Notes under the pieces: generated by a model
Told to the model about the DNA's origin: nothing
Databases searched by the model: none
Seen by the model: the letters and a program-made list of their open reading frames with translations, nothing else
Position numbers and translations under genes: made by a program
Shown here: piece by piece, positions 1 to 12,907 of the stretch
How positions within the stretch are numbered: position 1 is the stretch's first letter
How the letters are laid out: each line of letters starts with the position of its first letter
From: Dicyema japonicum
Lineage: Eukaryota; Animalia; Dicyemida
Reading direction: 5' to 3'
NCBI GenBank assembly: GCA_011109175.1
Contig: RDEW01000044.1
Coordinates: 163,397 to 227,269 of the forward strand
DNA: 63,873 bases

Positions 1-1529
1 CTTTCTCCTTGACAAATCTGCAATCAGGAATAGTGAATATGTTTTCTTCGCCCTCTTTGATGTGGAATCTTATTATATCAATAATCTGTCGTAACGCGTA
101 AATTAAAAAATAAACCCACGTCTCTTAAATTCTGCCGAAAGAGGAGCGTCGTGGCCGACGTAACAGTGATAAGTCTAGGTTTCTCAAATTGGCGTGCTGA
201 AATAAAATGCGAATAAGCAGGAAAAAATCCAAGATGCAAACGCGTCCCTTAATTTTATGTTCATCATTTCATCGTGAAGACAATTGTATATTATGTTTTA
301 AACCAGGCATATCTAAAGATTTTTCTACAGTAGACGACATTTTGGAGGACCTCGTCATTAAAATTAAACTACTAGAGAAAGCAGTAGATTTCTGTCAATG
401 AAGTTATATCGACAGGTCGTGGTTGTGCGATTTCTGTTTAGTCAGGAGACGTTCATGAGCTTAAACCTTCTTTTAACTTTAGCAAATTTTATTATTAAAG
501 GAATGTAAAGAATGTATAATTTTAGGTTTCTTACCACCAGTCCTGCAATAGCTTGGACTCTCCTACTGCGACCTTAACGCTTCTATGGTTCATTCAGTTT
601 GAGACGTACAAGTCAATGATGACATCCCCTTTCGGTAGTTTGCCATTCTGTTATTTCTCTTATCGACACTAATAGAAAATCCTCGTCATCATATAAAGTC
701 TTGTAAGCAGTTTGTGACATTCTTGATCCCTGTAATCCGTGGTTTTTAAAAAGAAAGATGAAACACTTTTAGTATGCAATGTAATAGCACTATTCAAATC
801 CATAGAGAAGTGACAGAATGACCGTAAGTGAAAAAATAAACGAAAACATCCGTTTCGAGTTTGGTGTGCTTTTTACTTTCTGAGTTTAAAGTTTTTTAAA
901 AGCTGTTCCGAGATACTTCAGGCATTCCATACTATCGATTCCACATAGGGAGCCTTGCTGATTCCCTTTCCATTTCCGCTGAAGAATCTTGCATTAGATT
1001 TTTACTAACAACTTTTCCTTGGAGACCAAACGAGACTCACTTTGTCGAATTCAGTAACAAATTTCATTTTCTTGAAAATAATAATAAAAGTCGATTTCAG
1101 TAAAATTAAAAAATCAATAATTAAAAATCCTAAGCACAATTTAGCGATAGGTTGAGATCCACTGGTTTATACAATAATTGTATAAAGTATCTGACATAAA
1201 AATTTTCAAGCCTAAATAAAAAAGTAATTCTTGCAGTTATAGTTACCCCTCCAGTGGAATGGGGGAGACCTCATGATCATTTTTATAATAATAGTAATAA
1301 TTTTCGCGTCACCCTGGCAGATGAGAAAAGTGGATTAAATGGGACTATTCTAATAAAGCTGAATAAAAGAAAGAACAGAAGAATAGAAAAGAAATCTGAA
1401 CAAATTGCCAATGGAAAAAATCTAATCAACAGATTATTGTTTATGATGACATGAGAAGTACTAAAGACAACGAACTCAGCTTTATTTACTAGAAAAATAA
1501 TTTATTTAATATCTAGTATCACCGACAAA

Positions 1530-2120
1530 ATTTATTTATTTAACAACCTAAGACCACGGTAAACCAAACTAATTATCACGTGATCCAATGCATTCCAACA
1601 GCGACCTCATTTTTGGCCTGTTCGTTCCTTGCCCGCGCAAGACCATTCAGGATGGCTTATGGTTTAGTCGCATAAGGGCCTCCAGAGGCGTCGGTCCGGT
1701 AAGATGATTTCCACAAATCCAACGCTCAGTAAATCTGAAAGTCCTTTTTTTGCATTTCCTCGATATCTTCATATAAGACATGGACGATCCCCACGATGCG
1801 AATGATAAGCGTGGATCACTGTACTGTTTGTACACCGGGTGAGTACCAATCTTTCATATTGCCGATAAAATTTTTACTACGTTCAGTTTCTTTTCGCATT
1901 TCGAAAGAATGTTTTATACGTGTGGTGTCAGACATAGATTCACATCAAATGTCACAACCAAGATCGTATGAAATCAGTTGAAATGGATGTCTACCTTATT
2001 TAGCTTCAAGGTGACTGTCTTCTTTCCTAGTAATTCGTCAGAGGTTAAAAGGGACTTTTTACCATCTTTTCTAGTCCAGTCCAGGTAGTCCTATGTCCCC
2101 CATTATGATCGATTTCCGAA
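1530..2120 (-). mobile_element. Jockey/I-like LINE, decayed 3' part of ORF2 plus 3' UTR
   Basis: Minus strand reads VTFDVNLCLTPHV*NILSKCEKKLNVVK...YKQY...FASWG...RFTERWICG...TPLEAL. The 3' end (ggccaaaaatgaggt...ggatcacg...ccgtggt) matches 9728-9800. Confidence 0.75.
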
Positions 2121-2762
2121 TTACAAATAAAATAATCAAGCTTATTACAGAAATGTAAAAATGTAAAGGACATTCCTGACATATTCCTTCTCCCCTAGCA
2201 TGCCTGCCCATATAAGGTTCTCTCCAAGAATAATGACCCACTTTTGCTTTCCATCTCTACGTAAAAACGTCATAAACCAGACTTTAAGATCAGAAGAGGT
2301 AGTTCGTCCGAGTTTGAAGACACCCTCGCTGTCGTGGAGGTGTAGATTATGGATATAAAGTCAATATCTGTCCTCCCACTTAATCTGAAGTAGTAATATT
2401 CTGTCAATAACTATTATGCACAACAAAGCAAAGTCCGTAGTGGTTGCGAAATTGGTTTAGTAGAATAAGTCTAAACTCTCTGTAATTCTCTACTCCATCG
2501 TTCACTTTAGACTCCTGTATGTTTCACAATATAAGGTTAATCATTTATTAAATACGCCCTTTTCAGCTTTTCCTATAACTATCGAACATTGATTGACGCT
2601 AGTGTTATTAGATTATTAGATATGTGTGAAAAAATACATACTTTTTAAGAACCACGTCACAGGTTCAAACAAAAAAACCAGAATATATTAAGTTATTTAT
2701 TTTATTTTTATTAAATTAAATCAATCATTTTATTTAATATAACAAAAGAAACATATATGTTT

Positions 2763-2885
2763 AATCAACGAGAAAAGTTATGGCCAAGACAAAAGATCGG
2801 AATAGCCATACTCCGAGGGAACTCGTTCGCAATCCACGCAGCAGGCTTCCTCAACTGACATTTGTTTAATTGTTAAAAAAAATTT
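2763..2885 (+). mobile_element. CRE-like element, extreme 3' end (about 120 bp)
   Basis: Encodes QREKLWPRQKIGIAILRGNSFAIHAAGFLN*, homologous to the C-terminus ISLAILRGNSHAV of the CRE at 10335-11759. A-rich tail. Near-identical to 43075-43190. Confidence 0.8.
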
Positions 2886-2989
2886 TGTTAATAAAAAAAA
2901 TATATATATAACAAACAAAAAAATATAACAAACAAAAAATTTTTATATAGATATTAGCAAAATTACCAAGAATTAAACGTAATAAGCGA

Positions 2990-3265
2990 ATCCTTGTGAT
3001 GTCAACGTTATCCTGGTGACTACTCGATTAAACATTTATGTTTAATTCGTATGTTCTTCTTTTCCCTTCTTCTACTTGAGTTGCGTCATGCAATCTCTTA
3101 GTCTCAGGTGGTGCCCAATCCAGGGTAAATGAAAAAAGAGAATGTGTTTTCACAACTGCTCGGAATGGAAGTCTTGTGTGACATTATAAGGACTCTGTTT
3201 CTGTGAGTGAAAATTGATAATATTAATTAGTTGTTAACTTTTAACTTCTTTTTAGGTGTATCCGG
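2990..3265 (-). mobile_element. Fragments of the LINE family also at 22290-22890
   Basis: Blocks tgcgtcatg...ggtggtgc and ggactctgttt...taacttcttttt are shared with 22316-22600, in swapped order. Confidence 0.5.
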
Positions 3266-3749
3266 AGTTCATATTAGATGGGGATCCAAAGGAGAATACT
3301 ATAGGATTCTAAAATCAAACACTAAGATGACTCAAATTCTTTAGTCCTAACGCTCTAACTACCTAAAAATTATCTCTAACACTTACATTTACATCATTAA
3401 AATAAAACATAAAACAATTTATAAGTTTCATAATTTTTAATTGTAAAAAATGTTTCTTAGTTACATTGCTTATATTAAAGTCTACCATGTCTTTAACGAA
3501 GAGATACACAGTTGTGTAAGAGTTATCCTATAATGCCATTTTTCGATTGAATAAAAATTCTATTCTAGCCAAATGATTCAAGTTATGTTTTCCTTAATAT
3601 TAAGAAAACTCAATGTGTACGAGAATTGTTTGTCGTTTCAGTTCTTCTTCCTTATTTGAAAAAAATACGTGACCCCAGATTATGTCATTATGCAGTAAGC
3701 AAATTCTCGTACTTGCACGGATGTTAATTCGTCTTCCATCATCTTACAA

Positions 3750-5060
3750 CAAAGGATCCTAAATAAATCTTACTCTAATCTCTGGGCGACGTTCTTCATG
3801 GACTATCCTGATGAGAGTTCTAAGAATTCCCTCCAGACTAACACGATACAGGACTGGGTGACTCTGCTCAGTTTACGCCTTTCTTCGGCATTATCGAGAT
3901 TGTGATAGAAAGAGGTCTATTGCCGTTACCTTAAAACTAACATTCGCTCTTTTATAGAAGGAATTCACATTCTGGACTTCTTTTAACTGAATACGAGAGA
4001 TTCGAACTTTACAAAAGGAAGCTAAAGTTCTCCGCATTAAGAGAGCTGTTTGTTCGAGGTTATTCTAAGGTGAAACCCAAGCTGGCATTAAGGCACTTTC
4101 TTTTGGAGATCAATGATAAAATTAAATTACCTAAGTTACGAACGGGATTTCGTCTGGAAGACTTCCCTAAGTAGTCCACCACGTCTTGTTTTCGGCCAAA
4201 CCTTTTCGTTTTCGATTTGAATGTAATCTTAGTGAGCCAGATTGCGGTCGCGTTCGTCTTCAGGATGTTGGCTGCCAAAATTACCTCCCGATATTATATT
4301 CGTCTTGTAAAAAAGAGTTCGACTCAGATATCAAGTCACAATTCACTCCGTTCGAATATTTAAAAACCACAATATTTGCGAGGACAATTTCTTGTCAAAT
4401 TGGATTTTAGGAAAATTTTATTGGGAGAGATAACATTAAGGAGTTGTGTGCGGAAAAGTCTCTTAATATTTTCGAAACAGTCACCCATTCCTATAGTGAA
4501 CATTTATCTCTACTTTTAAACGACTACCAAATCCTCTTGTCCTCTAAGAGGTAGCAAGAATAATCCCCATTGATCTTTATTTTCTGCCTTACAATCGATA
4601 AAATCACTAAACTTTTTCGCTCGATCCTAAATCTATGGTATCTAAAGATCCAGTTCTCTGAGTATCCCCAAATATTGTCTTCCGATATTCGAAGGTATTG
4701 ATTCCAGCCTTGTCAGAAGCAAGTTTAGAATTTAACAAAAATAAATTCGAAATATTCAATTGTGGACTTTTCGATGATAAGGGAATTTTCATGATCTACA
4801 GTATTTTTACGACATTACTGGCAAGAAAAAATTCTACTACTGATAAAGACCTTTTGATTCTTGAATCTCTAATCACTAAGAGTGTGATGACGAGAAAAAT
4901 ATAACAAGTAACGCTTACTTGAAGGAATTCTCTTTCGATTATTTTTACTCTACTCACATTATTTCTTCAAGGAGCAGTCTCACTATACAGAGGATTGAAT
5001 ATATCCTCCTGAGCCCGACGGCTGTGTAGGCATAAAGCCAGAGATTTCCGAAAACGGTTG
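3750..5060 (+). mobile_element. Heavily decayed CRE-like RT
   Basis: Remnants of PIAV..VFRMLAAK (about 4238), KLDF (about 4397), LNLWYL.D (about 4628) and IPALSEASLEFNKNKFEIFNCGL, parallel to ORF 10335-11072. Confidence 0.7.
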
Positions 5061-5384
5061 GGTCCCTCGAAGAGCACAGGATAAAATGGCGAGAGTGATA
5101 AGATATCACCTGATTAGTTCGGTTATTATTAACTTCTATCTTTGTGTTTCTTGGGGTTATAAAGTCGAACACTGTTTTGGGACACGAATTTCTACCAATT
5201 TTTGAATATATGAGCAAACTTATTGACCCCGCTTTGGGGCATTATAATTTATTTAATTATTTTCGATTAAACAATTATTTTATTTATAATATACATTACA
5301 AATGTGCTTTTAATTATTTTTCATTGTTGTTACTGTTAGATGCTTGTTAAACTCAGTTTTGACACTAAAATTATATTTTCCTGG

Positions 5385-5895
5385 CCAACTTTTTGTCTGG
5401 AAGACGTGGAAGAGTAGTCAGTGGTGATCACGAATCTAGATCACGATTACTACCGAACGGGGTACCCAGGGGGTCTCCACTTTAACCAATTCTATTCAAC
5501 CTATTCCTACACGACCTACCTAATAATGGAGACCAAGATTCCCTGCTATTATTTTACGCAGACGATGTAGTCATTGCAATACAGAACCGCTCGACGCAAG
5601 TCGCATCCGTTAAAACTCAGACAAATTTGAATACTCTCCACGATTGGATTGTTGGCATCGACTAACGATTTCTGCAACCAAGTCTATCTGTTCCACATTC
5701 ACGTCGGACCGTCGTTCCATGGATGAACCGAGTCTTTTTATTGGTCCCACTCGGATTCCAGTGACAAGGTCCCACACTCCCCTTGGAGTCAAGTACGACA
5801 GCCTTCTCAATTTAACTCCCACGAAACAGACATGATTACCAGGGCCTCCAAAAAGTTAACGTTATACGCGCCCTTGTTCGGAGGATCTCAGGAAC
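5385..5895 (+). mobile_element. Jockey/I-like RT fragment
   Basis: GVPRGSPL*PILFNLFLHDLP...FYADDVVI, then LGVKYD. Close inverted homolog at 27657-27950. Confidence 0.8.
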
Positions 5896-6048
5896 ATGGA
5901 CATGTCGCCAACGTTCATTAAGGATGTTGTCCATTCTTTTGATTTCCGTTTTGGCCCGGTTAACGATGAGGAACCATTCCCCCAGTTTGTCCGGTGCATT
6001 TTCCAGCAGATGTGTGAGAGCTTCTGTATCCTTGGATATAAAATCCAC
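5895..6048 (-). mobile_element. RTE-type RT fragment (just after YADD), inverted relative to its neighbour
   Basis: ORF DFISKDTEALTHLLENAPDKLGEWFLIVNRAKTE..WRHV matches DLISEDKEVLENLLEKAPDVLGKWFLTVNREKTE in ORF 15395-15967. Confidence 0.85.
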
Positions 6049-6049
6049 A

Positions 6050-7425
6050 AAAAATCCTGAGGAACTGGATGACTTCTACTGTCAACTATTGAGGACGTAC
6101 TCGGAATACGAATCTTCGTCGTTGATATTTATTGCCTGGGACTTTAACGCTAATGTTGGGATGCGACGGAGTGGAGAGGAATCGTTCATCGGCAGGCATG
6201 GACGGGGGTGGAGAAACACCCCGGGAACACTACTGGCCAATTTCTGTCAAGCGAATGATCTTTAGGAAACACTGCCTTTATGAACCCAGCTCGCCACAGG
6301 AGCACATGGACTGGCCATAGAACGAACTCGGAAAACAAAAGTGTCAATATTTATAATCAAATTGATTACATCATTTGTCGGACCAAGGACAAACACCTAC
6401 TGAATGATGCCCGTTCTTATGGAGGGTCGATGATAAATAGTGACCATAAAATGGTTATTGGCAAGTTCTCCTTGAAGAAATACTACATTGGTAGGAAGAC
6501 TCCTTATTACTGGCAAAACAACAACGAGAAACATGGATACAGAGTCTAAACACGACGGATATACATATCAAAGACAAACTACGAACTGAACGAAATATTA
6601 TCAAGAGAAGAATCATGAAGCTTAATAATGAACACTCGAAGGATGTCTTCCTATCACATCTTAGAGAGCTGGAACAACTAAAGGACAATGCACAAATGTT
6701 CGCTGCAGTCCGACTAATGCGAGGAAAGAAAAAAGCGACAGTACATGTTATGGATGAGAAGGGGAAACTTATCTTAAAACCAGACGTACAGATCGAATTG
6801 ATTGCTGCCCATTTTGAAAAACTGTTCAATGCGAACGGCCAAGAACTGGCCCCTTTCATCGGAGAACCGCGGATGCTGGAAACAATTATCACATCTAAGG
6901 AAGTTCAGAGTGCGTGCAGTAAGCTAAAGAATCACAGGAGCGCTGGACCAGACAACATCCCTCCCGAACTGCTGAAATATGGACCTATGCGTCTATTCGA
7001 AACCATTGCGACATTGTTAAATGGAATGTTTACATCCAACTCTGTCCTACCACTGGGGAAAGGGACATTGATACCTATACAAAAGCCTAACAAACCAAAG
7101 GGACCACTAGAAAGCCTACGCCCAGTCATATTGTTAAACACATTACGAAAAGTTCTTGCATCTGTTGCTTTGGATCACTTAAAACATCCTGCAGGAAATT
7201 ACCTATCAGCATGCCATAGTTGATTTCGTGAAGGAAGGTCGACAGCGGACATTCTGTGGAGCCACAGGTGGCGGTGTGCAACGGCTCAAAGATACAAAAA
7301 TGCCACGACCATCCTGGGGATCGATATGTCAAGAGCTTTCGACACCATTAGCCGACACAAGCTAATGGTTGTCCTTCATCAATTTGTGACCAATCATTGC
7401 TACGGATAATCAGAGTACTTCTCTC
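6050..7425 (+). mobile_element. RTE-type LINE, APE endonuclease to N-terminal RT, disrupted
   Basis: DFNANVG, NQIDYI, SDHKMV (APE); SAGPDNIPPELLK, IPIQKPNK..LRPVILLNTLRK, GIDMSRAFDTI (RT); stops and frameshifts. Confidence 0.92.
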
Positions 7426-7429
7426 AAGT

Positions 7430-7830
7430 CTGAACTGTCAGTCCCATTTTGAGGAAGTTAGTTTTTCTCATTTTGAGGAAGTTTCGGCGACGTTCCTTAA
7501 GGTATTTCATGATTGGGGGACGATTAGTGTTCTCCGCAGTAACGAGGTAGACGTCTTTTTCGACTATTTCAATAGAATCCTGAGACATCGATTTTGTAAA
7601 ACCTTCAGTTTACTCTGTGCCTATATTGATAAAAGAGCAATCCATGCAGCACAGGCGTACTCGATACTAGGTAGAACACATTGTTTGTATAATTCTTTTT
7701 TGTGCTGAGGTAAACGCATTTCATGTGACTTTTCTGATGATACATTCAGACGGTTCTTCAGGAACCAAAGACCCATCAGGTTTAGTAGATCTTGCACGGA
7801 CCATGTCGCCTCCTTGATTCTTCGCTTTTC
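7430..7830 (-). mobile_element. Jockey/I-like RT C-terminal fragment
   Basis: Minus strand LYKQCVLPSIEYACAAW, homologous to LLKPTIEYTFASW in ORF 40826-41158. Confidence 0.7.
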
Positions 7831-8189
7831 GTTTAAAATAAGAATGAGTAAATTCTTAAATATTTATTTTATATTTTAAAATTTTTTTTAAATTGCTATT
7901 TTAATTGAAAAAAGATGTAAATAGTAAGCTGAACCAAGAAGGCGAATTAGGATACTTTAAGCTTATGCTATATACAACTTTCATGCTGTTCTGTCTAAAT
8001 AACATAATTACAGTATAACCCGATTCAGTATTATCTTCGCGATTATTTTTAGTAGTCTGTTACTCAAAGTAGAAGTTTTACTGTGCGTCGTAGGCTCTAG
8101 TCCATAGGACTAGATGAAATGTATCTCCCACGCTCACGATAAAAAAACTTTTCTGCGTTTATCAGACGTGAGTAATGAAAATCTCATTT

Positions 8190-9060
8190 CCGTTAAAACA
8201 GAAGTTAACCACAATTAAAAGCATCACCGTCACTCAAACTCAGTGATTGAAGTCGTCTTCCTCGTTGTTGGGCCGCCTTTTGTTGAACAAGTAGTTGTAC
8301 TGATAGTTGACGAAGTGGTACCTCATTTTCAACTTTTTAGCTTTTGAGTGAGTTCTCGTTTCTGATGTCTCACGTTTTGCAAAAAATCTAATTGCACGAG
8401 CATGTTTAGATTTTACTAAAAGTTGAAAGATTAAGCCTCTTCACAGTTCGAAATTCAAAAGATTCACTGAGCTGATGATTTGTAACAAAACTCAATTTGT
8501 TTTCCAAATTTGTTCCTAATCCTTGTTTTAAACAAAAAATACAATTCCATTCAAAATATCAAGTTCCATATAGAATTCCTATATCAAGGACTTTTTCATT
8601 GGGACACTCCTTCCTTGTGAAGTCGTCGAAATTGACACAAATATTCTACCGAATAATGTCTTTGAAATAATTTTGCTAAAATTTTAAAATACAACAAACT
8701 TTTTAAAATAATAAATTTAATCAAAATCTAAAACTTTAAGATAAAATTACATTGTTGTAAAGACTATGTAGCATCAAGGTTCCTTCAACCTTTAAATTCC
8801 CAACACATAGATTCTTTGTTAGTTTTAAATCCCTGAGGATAAGTAAGGATTCCAATTAGGATCTTCAACAATGAAGTTCTTTAACTGTTCCGATATATCG
8901 CAGCTAGTCTTTAACTGAGAATTTTATATTCTTAGAAATGGTTATTCTCATTGAAGCCATTAATCCACCATGGTAACCAAACAAATGTGAAATAGACCAT
9001 TAAACTTACATATTACATGCAATCGAGATATTTATTTCTGATCAGTAAGACAGTATATTA
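8190..9060 (-). pseudogene. Degenerate CUB-domain surface protein gene with Thr-rich stalk and hydrophobic C-terminus
   Basis: Minus strand GILTYPQGFKTNKESMCWEF (about 8810-8870), ICVNFDDFTRKECPNEKVLDI (about 8580-8645), TTSSTISTTTCSTKGGPTT, VTVMLLIVVNFCF. Candidate 23-nt intron gtaattttatcttaaagttttag. Confidence 0.55.
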
Positions 9061-9084
9061 GAAACAATGATTAACACACTAATC

Positions 9085-9237
9085 CAGTGGTTCCCAACCT
9101 TTTTGAGGGCACGTAACCCTATCGACATTTTTCATTTTATACCGAACACCTAAATATAGTTTTTAACAATTATCAGAATTTTACTAATATAAAAAAAGAA
9201 TCCCTAAGTGTCGCAGAACCCAGGTGGGAAAACACTG
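9085..9237. mobile_element. hAT-type MITE, 153 bp
   Basis: Imperfect TIRs CAGTGGTTCCCAACC / GGTGGGAAAACACTG. 8-bp TSD cactaatc (9077-9084) / ctctaatc (9238-9245), 7 of 8 match. Confidence 0.85.
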
Positions 9238-9289
9238 CTCTAATCTATTAAAGGTTGATCGGGCGATCCATGAACTTCCAAGATAATAG

Positions 9290-9815
9290 GAGAGATGTAA
9301 GAAAAAAATATTTTATGTCCATGTTAGCTGAGGCTTCCAAATACATTCTCAATACAGAGATAAAGAGAATTTAATGAGTTCCGAATTTCAGTAGAAGACA
9401 TGCTTGTTAAATAATAATTCACACAAAATATGAGAGATATTCTGAATTGTTATTCTAAATTAAGCTAGATGTGTTTTTAGTAAATTGAACCATGCATCTC
9501 TTACGCATGTGATATCTGGGGCCTTTAATCTTTTGGACAAATGTCTTGGAGATCGAGGCTATCCGAAAAAAGCCTCCAAAATCACGGAACTCTGGATTCT
9601 GAAGAGTTCCAGCTCCAATTCCTCTTGAAGCCATGAAATGAATTAATCATGGAACGCGTTGTCGTGACTACGAAGATCCAATCACTTGGCCGATACGTGC
9701 TTGTGTGGGGTCGAAGGAAAAGCATCGGGCCAAAATGAGGTGCCTGTTAGAGCATGCTGGGATCACGTTATTAGTTAGTTTGTGTAACCGTGGTTTCTGG
9801 TGTTATTATTATTTA
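9290..9815 (+). mobile_element. Jockey/I-like LINE 3' fragment
   Basis: IEPCISYACDIWG, KKASKITELWI, PIPLEAM, AKMRCLLEHAGIT. 3' UTR homologous to 1530-1640 on the minus strand. Confidence 0.7.
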
Positions 9816-10109
9816 GTAGGGTTTATACTAATATTAAACACAATCACATTAACTATTATCCCATGTGTGCAGCTTCAACAGATGATCCTTTGAGTTCTGT
9901 CAATTTTGGCCGGAACGAGATTCGAATTAGATCTTAAGCGCATCTGTCTTTGTGAAGAATTTTAGTTTCCAATGTTTCGAATCCGTCAGGTCGATCATCC
10001 CCAATGACAAAGACTTTTATCCTTAAATATAATCCGCGATAGAGGTACGTCACCAACTCGACTTTTCGACAAAATGACTAATGCTATTTAAAATTCTATT
10101 CATAACAAG

Positions 10110-10334
10110 TAGACCGCCGTATTCACGCTCTTCTGGTACTCGGATTGCTAAGAAGCATGACTTGGGTCTGAGACTGAAGAGGCCAAATTTTTCTGAGAGT
10201 ATGTATCAACACACGTAACGTCCTAAAACAGGTTATATTCATATTCCCGATAAAATTTTTTCTGCGTTCATTTTTTTACACTTCAAAAGCATATTTTATA
10301 CGTGTGGTGATAGACAAAGATACTTATCAAGTGT
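10110..10334 (-). mobile_element. Two abutting fragments: CRE RLE piece (10110-10235) and Jockey-like piece (10246-10334)
   Basis: Minus strand *DVTCVDTYSQKNL. 10246-10334 aligns with 1862-1952. Confidence 0.65.
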
Positions 10335-11759
10335 ATGGTAAAACTGGACATCAAGAACGCTTTTAACAGCTTAAGAAGAGACTGCATTCTGGAGGCCTGC
10401 AAGGAAAGATGTCCGTACATATTTGAACTGGTCAATTATTCATACGGAAAACCTTCATCACTATTGCACGGGGATTTCATAGTTCCATCGTCCTCAGGTG
10501 TTCAACAGGGCGACCCCTTCGGACCACTGCTGTTCTCCCTCGGCATTGAGAGGATCACGAAGCTCTCTAGATGCCCACTCAACATCTGGTACCTCGATGA
10601 CGCTGTCTTAGGAGGTCCCCCGGAAACGGTCTTCCAGGACTTAGAAGTACTCATCCCCGCGCTGTCCGAGGTGGGTCTTCAGTTGAATATAACGAAATGT
10701 GAAATAACAAACTGTGGTCTTGCTGACGATGACTTCTCTTCAATTGTTCAAAAATTTTACTCCTCGTTTCCCGGTGGGATTTCGACCCCTGAAAATGAAA
10801 TGATTTTTCTTGGATCCCCGATCACTAGTAATGCGATGAACCATGTCCTCCTTGACAAAAAACGACTCCTATGCGATTCGCTGGAAAGATTACAGCTGCT
10901 GGACTTGCACACAGCACTATTTCTATTGAAAAGAAGTCTCAACATCCAGAGAATCTCCTATCTACTAAAGACAGCTCCATATTATTCTGAACTGGAGCTG
11001 CTCGAGAATTTTGATTTGTCTCTCCTCAGCTCGACGGAGCTTTCGGGGGCTTCCACTGAGAGCGGAGCTTAGCTAAACGCCATCCCCAATGGAGCTTTGG
11101 GCACTTTTCTGGATGATGAATGCGTTAGAACTGGTATCTCTCTGCGGCTGGGACTAAAAGTTAGTGTACCTCACCCGTGCCGATGTGGCATCCTGATAGA
11201 CTGCTATGGCCTGCACCCTCTCGCCTGCAGGAGGAGCGCTGGCAGATCCCCAAGGCACAAGGCTCTGAATGAAATTGTCAGGCGAGCTATGGATGCTGCT
11301 GGATACTCGACCATTCTTGAACCGGTCGGGTTATGCAGAAGTGACGGGAAACGACCGGACGGGATGACCATATTTCCATTTGAGGCCGGGAAACCAATGG
11401 TTTGGGATGTGACATGTACAGACACGTTCGCCCAGAAAAATCTTCACGAGAGTGCTACTAGGGCCTGTTCAGCAACCCGTAAAGGCGGAGAAGGCCAAAT
11501 TCGTTAAATACGTCGACCTTCCCGATGATGTCAAATTTGTTCCCCTTGCTATGGAGACTTCCGGATCCTACTCCCCCTCTACACTCGAGTTTTTCGGACG
11601 TCTTGGAAACCGGATCACCTCGTGCACTGGAGATCTCCGTGAGCGCCGCTGGCTATTTGAGCGAATCTCGCTCGCAATTTTGAGAGGGAACAGCCACGCA
11701 GTGAGGGCGGCAACTACCTGACTTCTATTGTTTAATAATACTAAAAAGGAAAAAAAAAG
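10335..11759 (+). mobile_element. CRE-clade non-LTR retrotransposon (RT + CCHC + restriction-like endonuclease), 5'-truncated, internally deleted
   Basis: KLDIKNAFN, GVQQGDPFGPLLF, WYLDD; CRCG..HPLAC, RHKALN, RPDG, WDVT, K..KY, AILRGN; A-rich tail about 11742-11759. One stop and one frameshift. The post-RT region near 11040 appears shortened. Confidence 0.93.
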
Positions 11760-12189
11760 ATTCTCAACCAAAAAAGGCTGAAACAGTGCCCGGTAGCGCT
11801 ATTTCAGATATGTAATAGACGTTCTACACTAATTGTCATTACGGCCTGCGATGTGTCAAAGCAGAGACAATTCCGTTTAGCTAAGGAGTTGGATCTTCTG
11901 CTTCTTGGAAGACAGAATTAACTACATGATGCATAAAAGTTGCCGATCTAGTTTTTTTTAATGGCCTTTTCACGAAAGCCATAATATTTATAGCTCCGCA
12001 TAAGCAGGACACTCACTTTAATTAAGTAAAAAACAGTTTATTTTAACTAATCGCAGAACCAAGGAATGATCTTCACTTCTTTTTTCTTTTTCTTGTGTGT
12101 GGGTCCTTTACTGACAATCCAGTTCCGCAGTGAGTATCCACTAATGCCGATCTAGTCCGTTTAGAAGAATTCCATTATGGTCGTTGTTA

Positions 12190-12907
12190 AGCCCCACCAC
12201 GTTTATCGTTCATAGGAAGATGAGGTACCTTTGTGTAACTTTTAAATTTAAGTGTAGTTTCCTGTAGCGCGCTACCTGTGCAAAAGTAGAGAACTCTTTG
12301 AATTTTTAGCTGAGCCATGTTGCTTAAGACAAAGTCTTCAACTACATGGTTGAAAAAAAATTTATAGACTTCAAAGAGTTGGAGGAGGTGATCAAAAAGA
12401 TCCTGCGAAACTTCCAATTACTCAGTTTCAATACATTTGCATAAAGCATTGCAATTGATATAAGAGAGACATATTGTGAGACGGAAAATTAAATTATGAT
12501 TTCTGACCCACGTGGGCTGTTCCTCATTGGATCCATGTCTGGGAGCTTGTATTGATTTATAGAAAAGATATTGCAATTGATATAAGAGAGACATATTGTG
12601 AGACGGAAAATTAAATTATGATTTCTGACCCACGTGGGCTGTTCCTCATTGGATCCATGTCTGGGAGCTTGTATTAAATTATAGAAAATATAAAGTTGAA
12701 AGTTATTTGAAATTAGCAATGAGGTCACCCCACTTGACAGGCGTTATATTTATCAATAATTGCTAAAACTCGAATTCTGATTATCTGGTCTCTGGTGGAC
12801 CTAAGGTTTAGACAAGTATGCCAACTCTGAAGGTATACATGTGGGCAAGTGCGTACCCCAAAATAGTTTCGGAACGTTGGGTTAAATCTTAAGAGTCCGA
12901 TCCTCAA
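12190..12907 (-). pseudogene. Possible decayed C1 + RhoGAP-like gene
   Basis: Weak motifs only: F..TCPH...W..L (C1-like), LIFRL and FFFNHVVEDFVLSNM (RhoGAP-like). Contains a tandem duplication 12449-12690. Confidence 0.25.

Noticed and set aside
9490-9790. Series of hairpins with superficial SRP/7SL-like strings (ggtcgaagga..agca, tgggatcacg)
   Set aside because: The region translates as the Jockey/I-like ORF2 C-terminus and matches the copy at 1530-1835, so it is TE-derived.
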